64,000 nt of DNA from Candidatus Heimdallarchaeota archaeon (GCA_019057375.1 DXJF01000112.1:1-64000), one strand, 5' to 3'. Counted from the stretch's first letter, positions 8,805 through 19,286 are shown. Translations and numbers: made by a program. The notes: generated by a model from the letters alone, not told the origin.

Positions 8805-10478
8805 TTAGAGTGATTCTTCATATAACTGAACTAATCTGTCTCTAACTACGTCACTTCTATACTCTGGTAAAATGGTTGGAGAATATCTTTTATCTTTTAG
8901 ATTTAGAGCATCAAGAGCCTTAATTGATTTATGAACATGAGCAAGAGAAAGTTTTCCTGTGGTACTCTTTTTCTTGTATTCATTAGCTGCTGTGATACCA
9001 GCCCTTCTTCCGAATACATTTATTTCTAAAAGAGAATTACCCATAAGACGATTCTTACCATGAACTCCTCCGGAAATTTCTCCTGCTGCTAAAAGTCCCT
9101 TAAGAGATGTGTGACAACTCTCATCATGCTCTACACCACCATTCTGATAATGTAAGGTAGGATAAACAAGAATTGGATCTACGGTTATATCGATATCAAA
9201 CCTATTCATCATTCGATGCATAGCACTAAGATTGTTCATAATTGTACCTTTTCCTTTGATTTCCTCAATTAAAGGACTATCTAGCCAGACTCCTCTCATT
9301 TGGGTTGGAGTTTCAATGTAATTGTCAGTTGCTGCACAACATTTGATTATAGATGATGCTTCAACGTCTCTGGGTTCCAATGGATAACAAATTTGTTCCC
9401 CATTTCGTCCAAGAACTTGACCTCCTAAACTTCGAACTTTTTCAGTAATCAGTAGTCCTACAATTTGCTCTGGAAATGCTGCACCTGTTGGATGGAATTG
9501 TGTAGCATCTAAATCTCGTAATTTAGCACCTGCACGATAAGCCATAACTACACCATCCATAGTTGCACCATAGTGATTAGATGTTGGAAAACCTGCTACA
9601 TGAAGTCTTCCAAAACCACCTGTGGTTAAGATGATTGTTTTAGCTCTAACAACAAAGTATTGTTTTGTTTCGATGTTATATAGAACAGCTCCTGCTATTC
9701 CTCCAGTTTCATTTGTAATAAGCTCAACAGCGGGAGAAAATTCTAGATATGGAACTTCCTTATTTATTATCTCATCTTTTAATGTTCTAAACATCTCCAG
9801 TCCAGTGTAATCCTTAGAACAATGCATTCTATTTCTTGATGTACCACCTCCAGGATTCTCAATAAAACTACCATCTTCAGTACAATCATACATTACTCCA
9901 AGGTCCTTGTGCCATTTGATAATTTTCGGAGCATCACTCACTAAAGCTTTGACCAGCTCAGGTTTGTTCTCGAAATGTCCCCCTCCTATTGCATCCATAT
10001 AATGAATTAATGGACTATCTACAGGACGATCAGCTGCTTGAATACCACCTTGCGCCATGACTGTATTGCAATCTCCAAGTCTGAGTTTTGTAACAAGCAG
10101 AATTTCCTCTTTTGGTACTCCAGAGTAGTTGGCCCACAAGGCTGCTGAGGTACCAGCACCGCCTGCACCAATGATTAATACATTGACATCATAATCGATT
10201 TGGTTTAAATCTATATCATCTGGATTTACCATTGGATAAGCTTCAATAACATCTGCAACTTCATTGGGTACATCATCACCTTTATTACCTCCCCAAGAAA
10301 TATTCCTTTTAAATTTTGGATTATAATCTGGGTGAAAATTGTCAAGAACTTCTTTTCGTTCTTTTAGAGATAAATCTTCTATAATTTGGTCGATACGCTT
10401 GTTTCTTGTTTTATTAACATTATCTATGCTTTTTCGCATATCTTCAGGATAACCTCTTATCATCTTCATTTTTATCAC
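8805..10478 (-). CDS. Fumarate reductase/succinate dehydrogenase-family flavoprotein (SdhA/FrdA/TfrA-like), probably non-covalent FAD
   Basis: IGAGGAG; NTVMAQGGIQAA (Asn where SdhA has the FAD-binding His); QFHPTG, LITEKVR, EPRDVE, PTLHYQNGG, NRLMGNSL. Confidence 0.85.
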   Translation of the reverse strand: MIKMKMIRGYPEDMRKSIDNVNKTRNKRIDQIIEDLSLKERKEVLDNFHPDYNPKFKRNISWGGNKGDDVPNEVADVIEAYPMVNPDDIDLNQIDYDVNVLIIGAGGAGTSAALWANYSGVPKEEILLVTKLRLGDCNTVMAQGGIQAADRPVDSPLIHYMDAIGGGHFENKPELVKALVSDAPKIIKWHKDLGVMYDCTEDGSFIENPGGGTSRNRMHCSKDYTGLEMFRTLKDEIINKEVPYLEFSPAVELITNETGGIAGAVLYNIETKQYFVVRAKTIILTTGGFGRLHVAGFPTSNHYGATMDGVVMAYRAGAKLRDLDATQFHPTGAAFPEQIVGLLITEKVRSLGGQVLGRNGEQICYPLEPRDVEASSIIKCCAATDNYIETPTQMRGVWLDSPLIEEIKGKGTIMNNLSAMHRMMNRFDIDITVDPILVYPTLHYQNGGVEHDESCHTSLKGLLAAGEISGGVHGKNRLMGNSLLEINVFGRRAGITAANEYKKKSTTGKLSLAHVHKSIKALDALNLKDKRYSPTILPEYRSDVVRDRLVQLYEESL

Positions 10479-11191
10479 GCCTTTTTCTGATCAACGAAAT
10501 CTCGTTCAGTATATCGTTTCTTTAAACCATCCTTTGAGAGAGAAATCAGTTCTTTAAAACCCTCCTCAAAGACACCGTTTTCAATTTCTTCAACTCTTTC
10601 CAAAAGTGTTTCTGGAGTGCTAGTGTTGTATTTTCCATGTAGTCTTCTAGCAAGCATACCAACATGATATTGTGGAATTTCTGCAGGACATCTAATCGCA
10701 CATAAACCACATTGAACACAATCAAAAGACACCTCTGCAGCTTTATCAATCTGGCCTTGAAGACTATATTGAACAAAGTCCATAACCTGGATTTCCTGAG
10801 GACATACCTTTGAACAAGCGTTACAACTTAAACATCTTGCTACTTCAGGATAAAATTTCAGAATTGAACTCGCTGTAGGTTGAAGTGAATCTACATCGTA
10901 AATTCCCTTTGGTGCGGGTACAAATGGTAATTGAGTTAATACCATCCCGTCTTCAACTTGTGTCTGACATGCTAGTGCAGCGTATAATCTGTAGTCACCT
11001 GCTTTTCGATATACTGTCCCACAAGCTCCACAAAATCCAGCTCTACATCCAGCACCCCTTTTAATTTTAAAACCTGCATACTCCATCGCTTTCATTATTG
11101 TCAGAGATTCGGGTACTTCATGCGCTGAACCCATAATATATATTTTTACTGTAAGGGTTTCATTCTCTTGTTTTGTTTTGGTCTTTGACAT
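10475..11191 (-). CDS. SdhB/FrdB/TfrB-like iron-sulfur subunit ([2Fe-2S] plus two 4-Cys clusters)
   Basis: GCRAGFCGACG...ALAC, CLSCNACSKVCP, CVQCGLCAIRCP. Its stop overlaps the flavoprotein start. Confidence 0.85.
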   Translation of the reverse strand: MSKTKTKQENETLTVKIYIMGSAHEVPESLTIMKAMEYAGFKIKRGAGCRAGFCGACGTVYRKAGDYRLYAALACQTQVEDGMVLTQLPFVPAPKGIYDVDSLQPTASSILKFYPEVARCLSCNACSKVCPQEIQVMDFVQYSLQGQIDKAAEVSFDCVQCGLCAIRCPAEIPQYHVGMLARRLHGKYNTSTPETLLERVEEIENGVFEEGFKELISLSKDGLKKRYTERDFVDQKKA

Positions 11192-11203
11192 TTTTCTAAC
11201 CCT

Positions 11204-12121
11204 CTATTTTGTTTTTTTCCTCCCAATTAATCCCAAATCCTTGAGGAGAGGTTCAGGATTTATGAAATGATCTTTAAAGTGATTGATTTTAACTGGTTCT
11301 CCCATTGCTATAGCCATCAATTGTGTAAAGTAAAACACTGGAATAGGTGATTTTCTTACAGTATTCTTTGCCATAGCTTTTTGCTGTTGGTCTATGTTAT
11401 AAGCACATAATGGACAAGCAACTACTAGTGCATTTGCTCCTCTTCTTTTTGCAGCTTCAACAATTTTCTCAACTTGAGAAGAAACAATATATTCTTGATC
11501 TACTATGTGATAGGAACCACAACAGAATTTGAATAACGGAGACATTACTAATTCTGCTCCTAAGCTTTCAACTAAACTTTCTAAAACATCAGGCATCTCT
11601 TCATCGTCAATCTTAGCTTCTTCAGGATGCAATAACATACAACCATAGTAAGGTGAAATTTTCAGACCTTCAAGCGGATTGACCACTTTTTCAGAGATTT
11701 TTTCATATCCTACTGAATCTCGAAGAATTTCCAAGAAATGTTTTACTTCCATGTCTGTTTCATAGACTTCTTCATCTTCTTCCAATTGATAATTAATCTT
11801 ATCCAAAGTATCTTGATTTTTCCTAACTTCATTATTGACAATTCTTAGAGTACTATTACACATAGAACAAAGAGTAACTACTTGATTTGGAGATTCTTTA
11901 AGTGTTTCAATATGTTTCTTTGATCTTGATAACACTCGAATAGGTGCAATACGTTTCATGATATTGTCTGAGGTCAGAGTATGTACAGTTCCACAGCAAT
12001 TCCAAATTGGCATTTCAACTAGTTCAGCATTTATTTTTTTACTGACAGCTATAGCAGTTTCTTCAAACCCTTTTGCATTTGTTTTTAGATTGCATCCTGG
12101 AAAGTAAGAGTATTGTACCAT
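11204..12121 (-). CDS. hdrB: Heterodisulfide reductase subunit B (two CCG domains)
   Basis: YFPGC, WNCCG, TLCSMC, YYGC, FCCG, VACPLC. Confidence 0.92.
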   Translation of the reverse strand: MVQYSYFPGCNLKTNAKGFEETAIAVSKKINAELVEMPIWNCCGTVHTLTSDNIMKRIAPIRVLSRSKKHIETLKESPNQVVTLCSMCNSTLRIVNNEVRKNQDTLDKINYQLEEDEEVYETDMEVKHFLEILRDSVGYEKISEKVVNPLEGLKISPYYGCMLLHPEEAKIDDEEMPDVLESLVESLGAELVMSPLFKFCCGSYHIVDQEYIVSSQVEKIVEAAKRRGANALVVACPLCAYNIDQQQKAMAKNTVRKSPIPVFYFTQLMAIAMGEPVKINHFKDHFINPEPLLKDLGLIGRKKTK

Positions 12122-12128
12122 TTACGAA

Positions 12129-12539
12129 TCACCCTGTTTTTTTACGAAAATTGCTAACTAAAGCAATATTTGGAAGCTTATCTAAAGCTTCTTTAGAAAT
12201 TTCAGAAATTATGATTTTCTCATAATCCTCTCTCAAGCAATATTCACGTACTGCTTCCATTAATGCAGCAACATCAATATCTCGAGGGCATCTGACAGAG
12301 CAAGTTAAACAACTAGAACAAACCCAATGAGTATTTGATTTCAGAACCTTTTCTTTTTGCCCGATTTGAATAAGGTGAATAAGTTGACTTACTGTTCTAT
12401 CCATTTTATCACTAAAAACACAGCCTGCAGAACACTTACCACATTGATAGCAGCTGTAGATATTTTGTCCTGAAATTTCTTCTATTTTTGCAATGAAGTC
12501 TTTTTCTTCTTTTCCAAATTTTAAATATTCGTATGACAT
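12129..12539 (-). CDS. hdrC: Heterodisulfide reductase subunit C
   Basis: CYQCGKCSAGC and CSSCLTCSVRCP; located between hdrA and hdrB. Confidence 0.92.
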   Translation of the reverse strand: MSYEYLKFGKEEKDFIAKIEEISGQNIYSCYQCGKCSAGCVFSDKMDRTVSQLIHLIQIGQKEKVLKSNTHWVCSSCLTCSVRCPRDIDVAALMEAVREYCLREDYEKIIISEISKEALDKLPNIALVSNFRKKTG

Positions 12540-12553
12540 TTCTCTACACCCCT

Positions 12554-14521
12554 TTATTCTTCTCCCAATGCCCCTATTAAGGCAAGAATTTGACTATCTG
12601 TATATCCTAGCTGATTAATTGCACCATTCAAACAAGCTGCAGCACAACTTCCACATCCTTTACACAATGCTTCATTAACAAAAGCAACTCGTAAAGCGTG
12701 TCCGTATTTATTAATTGCATTAATTTCGATTGCACTATAAGGACAAGCTTCAGCACATAAACCGCAACCTCGACATAGGTCTTCATCTACCTGAGCAACA
12801 GTTCCTTCAATTTCTAATTCATCTTGAGCTAATATTCCTGCAGCTCTAGAAGCTGCTCCACTAGCACTTGAAACTGCATCTGGAATGTCTTTTGGTCCTG
12901 TAGCAGTTCCTGCAACAAAAACACCTGAAATTGCAGTATCTACTGGCTTTAATTTTGGATGTGCTTCTCTGATGAAACCATTCATTCCAACTGATAGGTT
13001 TAGAAGGCTAGCAATTTCTTTAGTTCCTGCACTAGGCATTAAACCTGTGGCTAGAACTACTAAATCAGCATGAAGTTCAACGGTTTCTCCTGTTAGAGTA
13101 TCTGCTCCTTTTACTAGAATTTTATCTCCATCTTGGAAAACTTCAGAAACTTTACCTCTTATATATATCACTTGGTCTTCTTCAGCTGCTCTCTGGTAAA
13201 ATTCTTCATAATCTTTTCCAGCTGTTCTTATGTCAATAAAGAAGTTTATAGCTGTTCCATCATGCACTAAATGTTTGTACTGTAAAGCATGTTTGGTTGC
13301 ATACATACAACAAACTTTCGAACAATAAGGTAGATGTTTGCTTGGGTCACGAGATCCTGCACAATGGACGAAAACAACTGTTTTAGGTATTTTACCATCA
13401 GATGGACGACGAATTGTACCATCAGTTGGACCACTTGCAGAAACTATTCTCTCAAAGTCCAAACCAGAAATCACATCTGGAATTGTTCCATAACCATACT
13501 CACCAATATTTTCTATAGGATAGGGTTCATATCCTGTTGCTACAATTATGGCACCAACTTCTTTTTCAATTATCTCTGGTTTCATATCAAAATCTATTGC
13601 TTCTGGTCCGCAAACATCTTTACATTTTGAACAAATGAGCGGATCTATACCTAAACAAGAATTAGGGTCTATAAGATATGATGCTGGGACTGCTTGAGGA
13701 TATGGTATGTAAATCGCTCTTCTTGGAGAAAATCCTTGATTATATTCATCGTGTTCTATAACTGGACAGACAGGAACACAATCATCACAAAGAGTACATT
13801 TATCTGCTAATACATAACTAGGATTTTTCTTAATCTTTACTTTGAAATTTCCAACATATCCATCAACTTCTACAACCTCACTTAGTGCAAGTAAGTCAAT
13901 ATTTGGGTGACGATTAACATCTACCATTTTAGGACTTAAAATACACTGTGAACAATCTAATGTAGGAAATGTTTTGTCAAGCTGAGACATTTTTCCACCA
14001 ATTGTTGCAGATTTTTCAACAAGTGTGGTATCAAATCCCATATCTGCTAAATCAAGAGAAGCTTGGATACCTGCTATACCACCACCTATCACGAGTGCAT
14101 TGTGTGTTACGCCAACCTTTTTCCTTTCTAAGGGATGCATTAAAGAAGCTCTTAAAACTGCACCTTTAAGCAATGAAGCAGCTTTAGCTGTACCCTTTGA
14201 CTTGTCGTCATGGACCCAAGAAACTTGTTCTCTAATATTGACAATTTCTAGGACATATGGATTCAATCCCATGTCTTCTAACACTGCCCTGAATGTAGGT
14301 TCATGCATTCTTGGCGAACAAGCTGCAACTACAATTCTATCTAGTTGTTTCTCCTCAATATCCTGTTTTATCAATACTTGACCGGGGTCAGAACACACAT
14401 ATTTGTAAACTCTGCTGACTTCTACATATGGAAATTCTTTTGCTTGTTCTACTAAATCCTCAACATCAACAGTACTTGCAATGTTGGATCCACATTCACA
14501 AACATAAACTCCAATTTTCAT
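12554..14521 (-). CDS. hdrA: Heterodisulfide reductase subunit A (bifurcating FAD/FeS subunit)
   Basis: GVYVCECGSNIA, AACSPRMHE, IGGGIAG, TFPTLDCSQCIL, YCSKVCCMYATK, plus inserted and C-terminal ferredoxin motifs. Confidence 0.96.
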   Translation of the reverse strand: MKIGVYVCECGSNIASTVDVEDLVEQAKEFPYVEVSRVYKYVCSDPGQVLIKQDIEEKQLDRIVVAACSPRMHEPTFRAVLEDMGLNPYVLEIVNIREQVSWVHDDKSKGTAKAASLLKGAVLRASLMHPLERKKVGVTHNALVIGGGIAGIQASLDLADMGFDTTLVEKSATIGGKMSQLDKTFPTLDCSQCILSPKMVDVNRHPNIDLLALSEVVEVDGYVGNFKVKIKKNPSYVLADKCTLCDDCVPVCPVIEHDEYNQGFSPRRAIYIPYPQAVPASYLIDPNSCLGIDPLICSKCKDVCGPEAIDFDMKPEIIEKEVGAIIVATGYEPYPIENIGEYGYGTIPDVISGLDFERIVSASGPTDGTIRRPSDGKIPKTVVFVHCAGSRDPSKHLPYCSKVCCMYATKHALQYKHLVHDGTAINFFIDIRTAGKDYEEFYQRAAEEDQVIYIRGKVSEVFQDGDKILVKGADTLTGETVELHADLVVLATGLMPSAGTKEIASLLNLSVGMNGFIREAHPKLKPVDTAISGVFVAGTATGPKDIPDAVSSASGAASRAAGILAQDELEIEGTVAQVDEDLCRGCGLCAEACPYSAIEINAINKYGHALRVAFVNEALCKGCGSCAAACLNGAINQLGYTDSQILALIGALGEE

Positions 14522-14536
14522 AATATTATCACGCCT

Positions 14537-15379
14537 TTACATATCTCCTTGAATATCTTTTATTTGATCATATGAGAATACAGGTCCATCTTTGCAGACA
14601 TAGAGATTCCCTATGTTGCACCTTCCGCATATACCTATACCACATTTCATTCTCATTTCCAAAGTTGTGTAAACTTGGTCTTCTTTAAAGTCAAGTTCCA
14701 AGAGATTTTGAATTACAAATTTAATCATGATTGGTGGGCCGCAAGTGATTGCAATTGTATTTTCTGGAGATGGGTTAAGTCTCTTCAAATTATCTGGAAC
14801 AAACCCTACAAACTGATCCCAACCCTCTTCTTCAACATCTATGGAAAGATGAATGCTTAAATCATCTTTCTTACTCATTTCTGCAAATTCATCCTTATAA
14901 CAGAGGTCACGAGAAGTTCTAGCACCATAAACGATATCTATTTTTCCATAATCTTTTCTGTTATCTTTGCAGTAATTAATCACAGAACGAAGTGGAGCTT
15001 GCCCTATTCCTCCACCTAAAAAGAGGATATTCTTTCCTTTCCATTCATCAACTTTGAAGCTGTTCCCATATGGACCCCTTGCTCCAACTAAATCCCCTTC
15101 TTCTTTTAGATGCAGTGCTTTGGTAAGTTTACCATATCTCATAACACTAACTTCTATGTAATCTTTTTGAGTGGGTGATGAAGAGATAGCGAACATACTT
15201 TCACCAGTTCCAAATACGCTTATCATAATACATTGACCAGGTAGGAAGGTGAACTTCTTTTTAACTTCTTCATCTTGGAATTCAAGTCTGAATGTTTTTA
15301 TTGCTCTTTCTCCACTAGCTTCTTCTTTTATACTGATAATTTTCGCTATCCAAGGCTGGTAGGGGTTTTCGTCTGTCAT
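14537..15379 (-). CDS. flxA: FAD/NAD(H)-binding oxidoreductase with [2Fe-2S] (FlxA; HydG/AsrB-like)
   Basis: FLPGQ, RGPYGN, GGGIGQAP, CGPPIM, MKCGIGICGRCNIG..VCKDGP; position within the hdr cluster. Confidence 0.85.
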   Translation of the reverse strand: MTDENPYQPWIAKIISIKEEASGERAIKTFRLEFQDEEVKKKFTFLPGQCIMISVFGTGESMFAISSSPTQKDYIEVSVMRYGKLTKALHLKEEGDLVGARGPYGNSFKVDEWKGKNILFLGGGIGQAPLRSVINYCKDNRKDYGKIDIVYGARTSRDLCYKDEFAEMSKKDDLSIHLSIDVEEEGWDQFVGFVPDNLKRLNPSPENTIAITCGPPIMIKFVIQNLLELDFKEDQVYTTLEMRMKCGIGICGRCNIGNLYVCKDGPVFSYDQIKDIQGDM

Positions 15380-16413
15380 ACATTGACCTCCTTCACTTTG
15401 TCAATTACTTCGATTATATCAATATTAACAGGACAATAATCAATACATCTACCACAACCAGTACATCCAAAGATTCCATCATTTTTGGGGAAGTAGTTGA
15501 ACTTGTGATAAACTCTATTTCTTACTCTATTCATTCTTGAGGGTCTAGGATTATGACCTGATGCATGATGAGTATATTCTTCATACATACATGAATCCCA
15601 TACACGTACTCTCCCACCTAGTTTCAAAGTACTCTCATCTTGCATATCAAAACAATGACATGTTGGACACAAATAAGTACAAATGCCACAACCAATACAA
15701 CTTCTAGCAGCTTCTATCCAGAATTCGTGCTCAAACATTTTGTTTAGTTTTTCAACGGCTCCCTCTGTGTTCATCTTTCGGGAGATTGCTTTAATTGCTG
15801 TTTTTTCTGTCTCCTTTCTGATAGTACCTTCTTTTTCAGTTGCTTTAGAGAAGATTTTGCTTAGGTTTTTAATTAGATCTTCTCCTTTTTCTGTTACAAT
15901 TTCAACAAAATATGTGCCGCCTATATCTGTAAATAGAATATCTACATGTTTAGAATTCGCTGGACTGTCATCAAATGATGTACAGAAACAGTTGGTATCT
16001 GGTTCATTACAACTTAGACCAATCAGAATGCTTCTATTTCTTTTCTTTGTATAAAATGGATCAGTATAATCGCCTTCTTTCTTACCCATAAAAACTGGAT
16101 CTATGATATCATATCCTCGTGCATCGCATGGGCGAATTCCAAAAATTACTCTTACTGATTCATCAATTTTTGGAGTTTGAATCTTAGAATCTTTTCCTTT
16201 GGCATATGTAAAGAGAGTTTCAGTTTGTTGGAATATCAAGGACTTAGGAGGCACTCTTGAAAGTAAAATATCTAGATTGACCTCTTTTGGATCATTTATT
16301 TTCCTGAAGGCTAAGAATCCATTTTCTTCCTTTGGTCCAATCAGTTCAAATTTAGAACCAATCTCTCCAAGCAATTCAGGTAATTTTTCTTTTGGTAATG
16401 TTAGTTGTTCCAT
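15376..16413 (-). CDS. flxB: 4Fe-4S dicluster protein (FlxB; HydB/AsrA-like)
   Basis: FGIRPCDA, CFCTSF, CIGCGICTYLCPTCHCF, GCTGCGRCIDYCP. Confidence 0.85.
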   Translation of the reverse strand: MEQLTLPKEKLPELLGEIGSKFELIGPKEENGFLAFRKINDPKEVNLDILLSRVPPKSLIFQQTETLFTYAKGKDSKIQTPKIDESVRVIFGIRPCDARGYDIIDPVFMGKKEGDYTDPFYTKKRNRSILIGLSCNEPDTNCFCTSFDDSPANSKHVDILFTDIGGTYFVEIVTEKGEDLIKNLSKIFSKATEKEGTIRKETEKTAIKAISRKMNTEGAVEKLNKMFEHEFWIEAARSCIGCGICTYLCPTCHCFDMQDESTLKLGGRVRVWDSCMYEEYTHHASGHNPRPSRMNRVRNRVYHKFNYFPKNDGIFGCTGCGRCIDYCPVNIDIIEVIDKVKEVNV

Positions 16414-16422
16414 TTTAACTCC

Positions 16423-17409
16423 TCACGAAATGAAATCCTCCGGATCATCTGGTCGAAAACTTCCCAAGAATGGTTTTTCTTCAGTATCGAGTCCAGCAGT
16501 ATAATCAAACATCTCTTTAACTTCTTTCTCAACAAACTTGTTCAATTCCATTAGAGGAATGTTAACAGGACAAGATCGTTCGCATTCCCCACAACTAATA
16601 CACCTACCAGCAAGATGAAATGCACGCATTACGTTCCAAGCAGTATTTTCTGATAGATTTACAGATCGTCTGATCCATTGTGGTTCTAATAGATCAGCCA
16701 TACATGTTTTACAATAGCAAAGTGGGCATGCCTCTCTACATGCATAACAGCGGATGCAGTTCTGAAAATGCTTCTCCCAATATTCCCATCTTTTTTCTAT
16801 TGTTTTTTCTTCTAATTCATCTACTCTGTTAAAGTGTTCGGGTTGAAATTCTTCTTCAGCTTCACCTATAAGTATGTCATATAAAGGTGGATTTGGGTAT
16901 TCGCAGCTTTTACATACATCTGAAAGCAATTCGTCTTTGGGTATTTTATGGCTTGTTCCACCTATTTCTAATATATATTCGTCGTTGTTATTTTCCTCAA
17001 CATCAACAAACTTTGATTGTTTAGGAAATCTTTTTGCTATCTTTTTTGGGTCGATTACACCTTTGCAAGGGATGCCTATTAAAACAACATCTTCCTTTTC
17101 TAATCCCTTTTCTTGAATGATTTGGATTATGGCACGGGAGTCACAACCCTTTACAACAATTCCAATCTTCTTATGTTCTGCTTCCTCTCCTCTTCTTAAT
17201 GGTAATTTTTCTTCAAGAAGTGGATAAGTAGCTAGATTCTTTGAACATAATGGAGAGTAAAAGAACTCCTTTGCGTCTTCAGCGCTATATGCAAAGGCAG
17301 GTTTTATCTGAAAACCATAAGTGCCTCTCTTATAACCAATAACGTATTTCACGTCATCTCGAGAAACGGTTTCCTCAACTACCTTGATTAGTTCTTTATT
17401 CTCTACCAT
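16423..17409 (-). CDS. flxC: 4Fe-4S protein (FlxC; FdhB/FrhB-like)
   Basis: KGCDSRAI, CIRCYACREACPLCYC, HLAGRCISCGECERSCP. Confidence 0.8.
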   Translation of the reverse strand: MVENKELIKVVEETVSRDDVKYVIGYKRGTYGFQIKPAFAYSAEDAKEFFYSPLCSKNLATYPLLEEKLPLRRGEEAEHKKIGIVVKGCDSRAIIQIIQEKGLEKEDVVLIGIPCKGVIDPKKIAKRFPKQSKFVDVEENNNDEYILEIGGTSHKIPKDELLSDVCKSCEYPNPPLYDILIGEAEEEFQPEHFNRVDELEEKTIEKRWEYWEKHFQNCIRCYACREACPLCYCKTCMADLLEPQWIRRSVNLSENTAWNVMRAFHLAGRCISCGECERSCPVNIPLMELNKFVEKEVKEMFDYTAGLDTEEKPFLGSFRPDDPEDFIS

Positions 17410-17876
17410 TCTTTTTCCCTCCTAATTTTGGTCATAGGACCTAATTTTTTGATGTCCTCAGTAACTTCTCTGACGACGTCAGCATATTTTCTACCTTCAG
17501 CAGCTGAAACCCAAGTCATTCTTACTCTCTCAGGTTCAATACCAAGAAACTCCAATAGCTTTTTCATGGTAGCAACCCTTCTCCTCGCTAAGTAATTTCC
17601 ATGAGTGTAGTGACAATCACCAGGATGACATCCACTGACTAGAACTCCATCAGCACCCTGCTGAAATGCATTAATTATATACATCGGATTTACTCTTCCA
17701 GAACACATTACCTTGATGATTTTAACATTAGGAGGATATTGGATTCTGCTTGTTCCTGCGAGATCTGCTCCTGCATAGGAACACCAACTACATAAGAAAC
17801 CAATTATGTTTGGTTCGAATTCTTCCAGTTCTGTATTCTTTTTTGTAGACATTTCCAAACCTTCGTCTATTCTCAA
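17403..17876 (-). CDS. mvhD: MvhD/FlxD [2Fe-2S] subunit (true start probably ATG at 17852)
   Basis: GFLCSWCSYAGADLAG, VMCSGRV, GCHPGDCHY, WVSAAEG. Confidence 0.93.
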   Translation of the reverse strand: MRIDEGLEMSTKKNTELEEFEPNIIGFLCSWCSYAGADLAGTSRIQYPPNVKIIKVMCSGRVNPMYIINAFQQGADGVLVSGCHPGDCHYTHGNYLARRRVATMKKLLEFLGIEPERVRMTWVSAAEGRKYADVVREVTEDIKKLGPMTKIRREKEW

Positions 17877-18421
17877 GAGTCTGATTTATACTCCATACCT
17901 TTTTGGAAAGCAATTAGATTCTTTTCAACAAATCTTGCTTTGATTTTTTCTTTCATTATTGTAAGCATAGCTTCTTCAGAGAAGATGTCTGTTGTGTTAG
18001 CACATACATAACCCAACATAGCTATGTTAGCATAAAGTCTGCTTCCAAGAGTTTCAGCAATTTTAGTTGCTGGAATTTTGAATATCTTTTTAGCTTTCTT
18101 TGCATTTTCATCTAGTGTAACTAAATCCTCTTCAACAAAGAGTATTCCACCTTCTTTGAGTTTTGGAATATACTTCTGATAAGCTTCTTCTGATAAAACG
18201 ACAAAGTAATCCAGTTCAGTTGCTTTAGGATAATCGATTTCTCCTTCATCAATTACGACATCAGTGCTACTTGCTCCACCCCTACTTTCTGGACCATAAC
18301 TTTGTGTCATTACAGAATTCTTTCCTTCTTCTAATAAGCTTACAGCTTCACCTACAAGCCTCCCCATAAGTCCTATCCCTTGACCACCAAAACCTGCAAA
18401 ACGAATTTCTACTCTACTCAT
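17873..18421 (-). CDS. korC: 2-oxoacid:ferredoxin oxidoreductase gamma subunit (KorC-type)
   Basis: EIRFAGFGGQG, QSYGPESRGGASS, NIAMLG. Confidence 0.9.
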   Translation of the reverse strand: MSRVEIRFAGFGGQGIGLMGRLVGEAVSLLEEGKNSVMTQSYGPESRGGASSTDVVIDEGEIDYPKATELDYFVVLSEEAYQKYIPKLKEGGILFVEEDLVTLDENAKKAKKIFKIPATKIAETLGSRLYANIAMLGYVCANTTDIFSEEAMLTIMKEKIKARFVEKNLIAFQKGMEYKSDS

Positions 18422-18425
18422 TTTA

Positions 18426-19286
18426 TCATCCCTTCTTAGCTTGACTAACTCTCTGAAGTGCTAGTAAATTATCTGTTAAAGTTGGTTTGTCTTCAATGTC
18501 AACAAATTTACCAACTATAATTGGACTGTTCTTATCAATTTGAACGTCTCTGGTGTCCGCATCGTGGTTCAAAACAGTTTTTTCAGCGAAAAATTCAAGA
18601 ATCTTTTTTCCTTCAGCTAGTTGGTTTCGACGACCGTAAGTTGTAGGACAGCTACCTAAAACTTCGACGAAAGAGAATCCATTTTTAGCTATGGCTTCAG
18701 AAAAAGCCTCTTTTACTCTTCTAACATCTAAAGCAGTATATCGTGCAACGTAGACTGCGCCACAACTTGCAGCAAGATTAGGAATGTTGAATGGCTCTTC
18801 TAGTGAGCCATAAGGAGCGGTAGTCTGAAATTGACCCACGTAAGTTGTGGGACCTGCTTGTCCTCCTGTCATACCATAATTGAAGTTATTAACACAAACT
18901 ACAGTAATATTCGCATTTCTTCTTGCTGCATGGATAAAATGATTTCCACCTATTGCAAAAAGATCCCCATCTCCAGAAATTACTATCACTTTGCGTTCTG
19001 GATCTGTTACACTCAAACCTATTGCAAAAGGAATTGATCTTCCATGAGTTGTATGGAAACTATCGAAATTGAGATATCCTGCAATTCTACCAGTGCATCC
19101 TATTCCTGAGACCACTGCAACTTTTTTAGGGTCGATTCCAGATTCATTTATTGCTTCAATGAGAACATTTGTTATTGAACCCAAACTGCATCCTGGGCAG
19201 AATATGTGTGGTATTCGTCCTTCTCTTAAAAATCCATCTAGAGGATGAGCCTCTGATTCCAGTAATTGATTTTGATCTTCTGTCAT
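18426..19286 (-). CDS. korB: 2-oxoacid:ferredoxin oxidoreductase beta subunit (KorB-type)
   Basis: FCPGC, SGIGC, HTTHGR, TPP motif GDGDLFAIGGNH...NN, YGMTGGQ. Confidence 0.92.
   Translation of the reverse strand: MTEDQNQLLESEAHPLDGFLREGRIPHIFCPGCSLGSITNVLIEAINESGIDPKKVAVVSGIGCTGRIAGYLNFDSFHTTHGRSIPFAIGLSVTDPERKVIVISGDGDLFAIGGNHFIHAARRNANITVVCVNNFNYGMTGGQAGPTTYVGQFQTTAPYGSLEEPFNIPNLAASCGAVYVARYTALDVRRVKEAFSEAIAKNGFSFVEVLGSCPTTYGRRNQLAEGKKILEFFAEKTVLNHDADTRDVQIDKNSPIIVGKFVDIEDKPTLTDNLLALQRVSQAKKG

Noticed and set aside
14537-16413. Anaerobic sulfite reductase (AsrAB) or sulfhydrogenase (HydBG) call
   Set aside because: There is no AsrC siroheme subunit and no NiFe hydrogenase subunits. Adjacency to mvhD and hdrABC fits FlxAB.
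12554-17876. Selenocysteine recoding in HdrA or MvhD
   Set aside because: Both frames are uninterrupted with Cys at the expected positions. I saw no in-frame TGA and no SECIS-like element.
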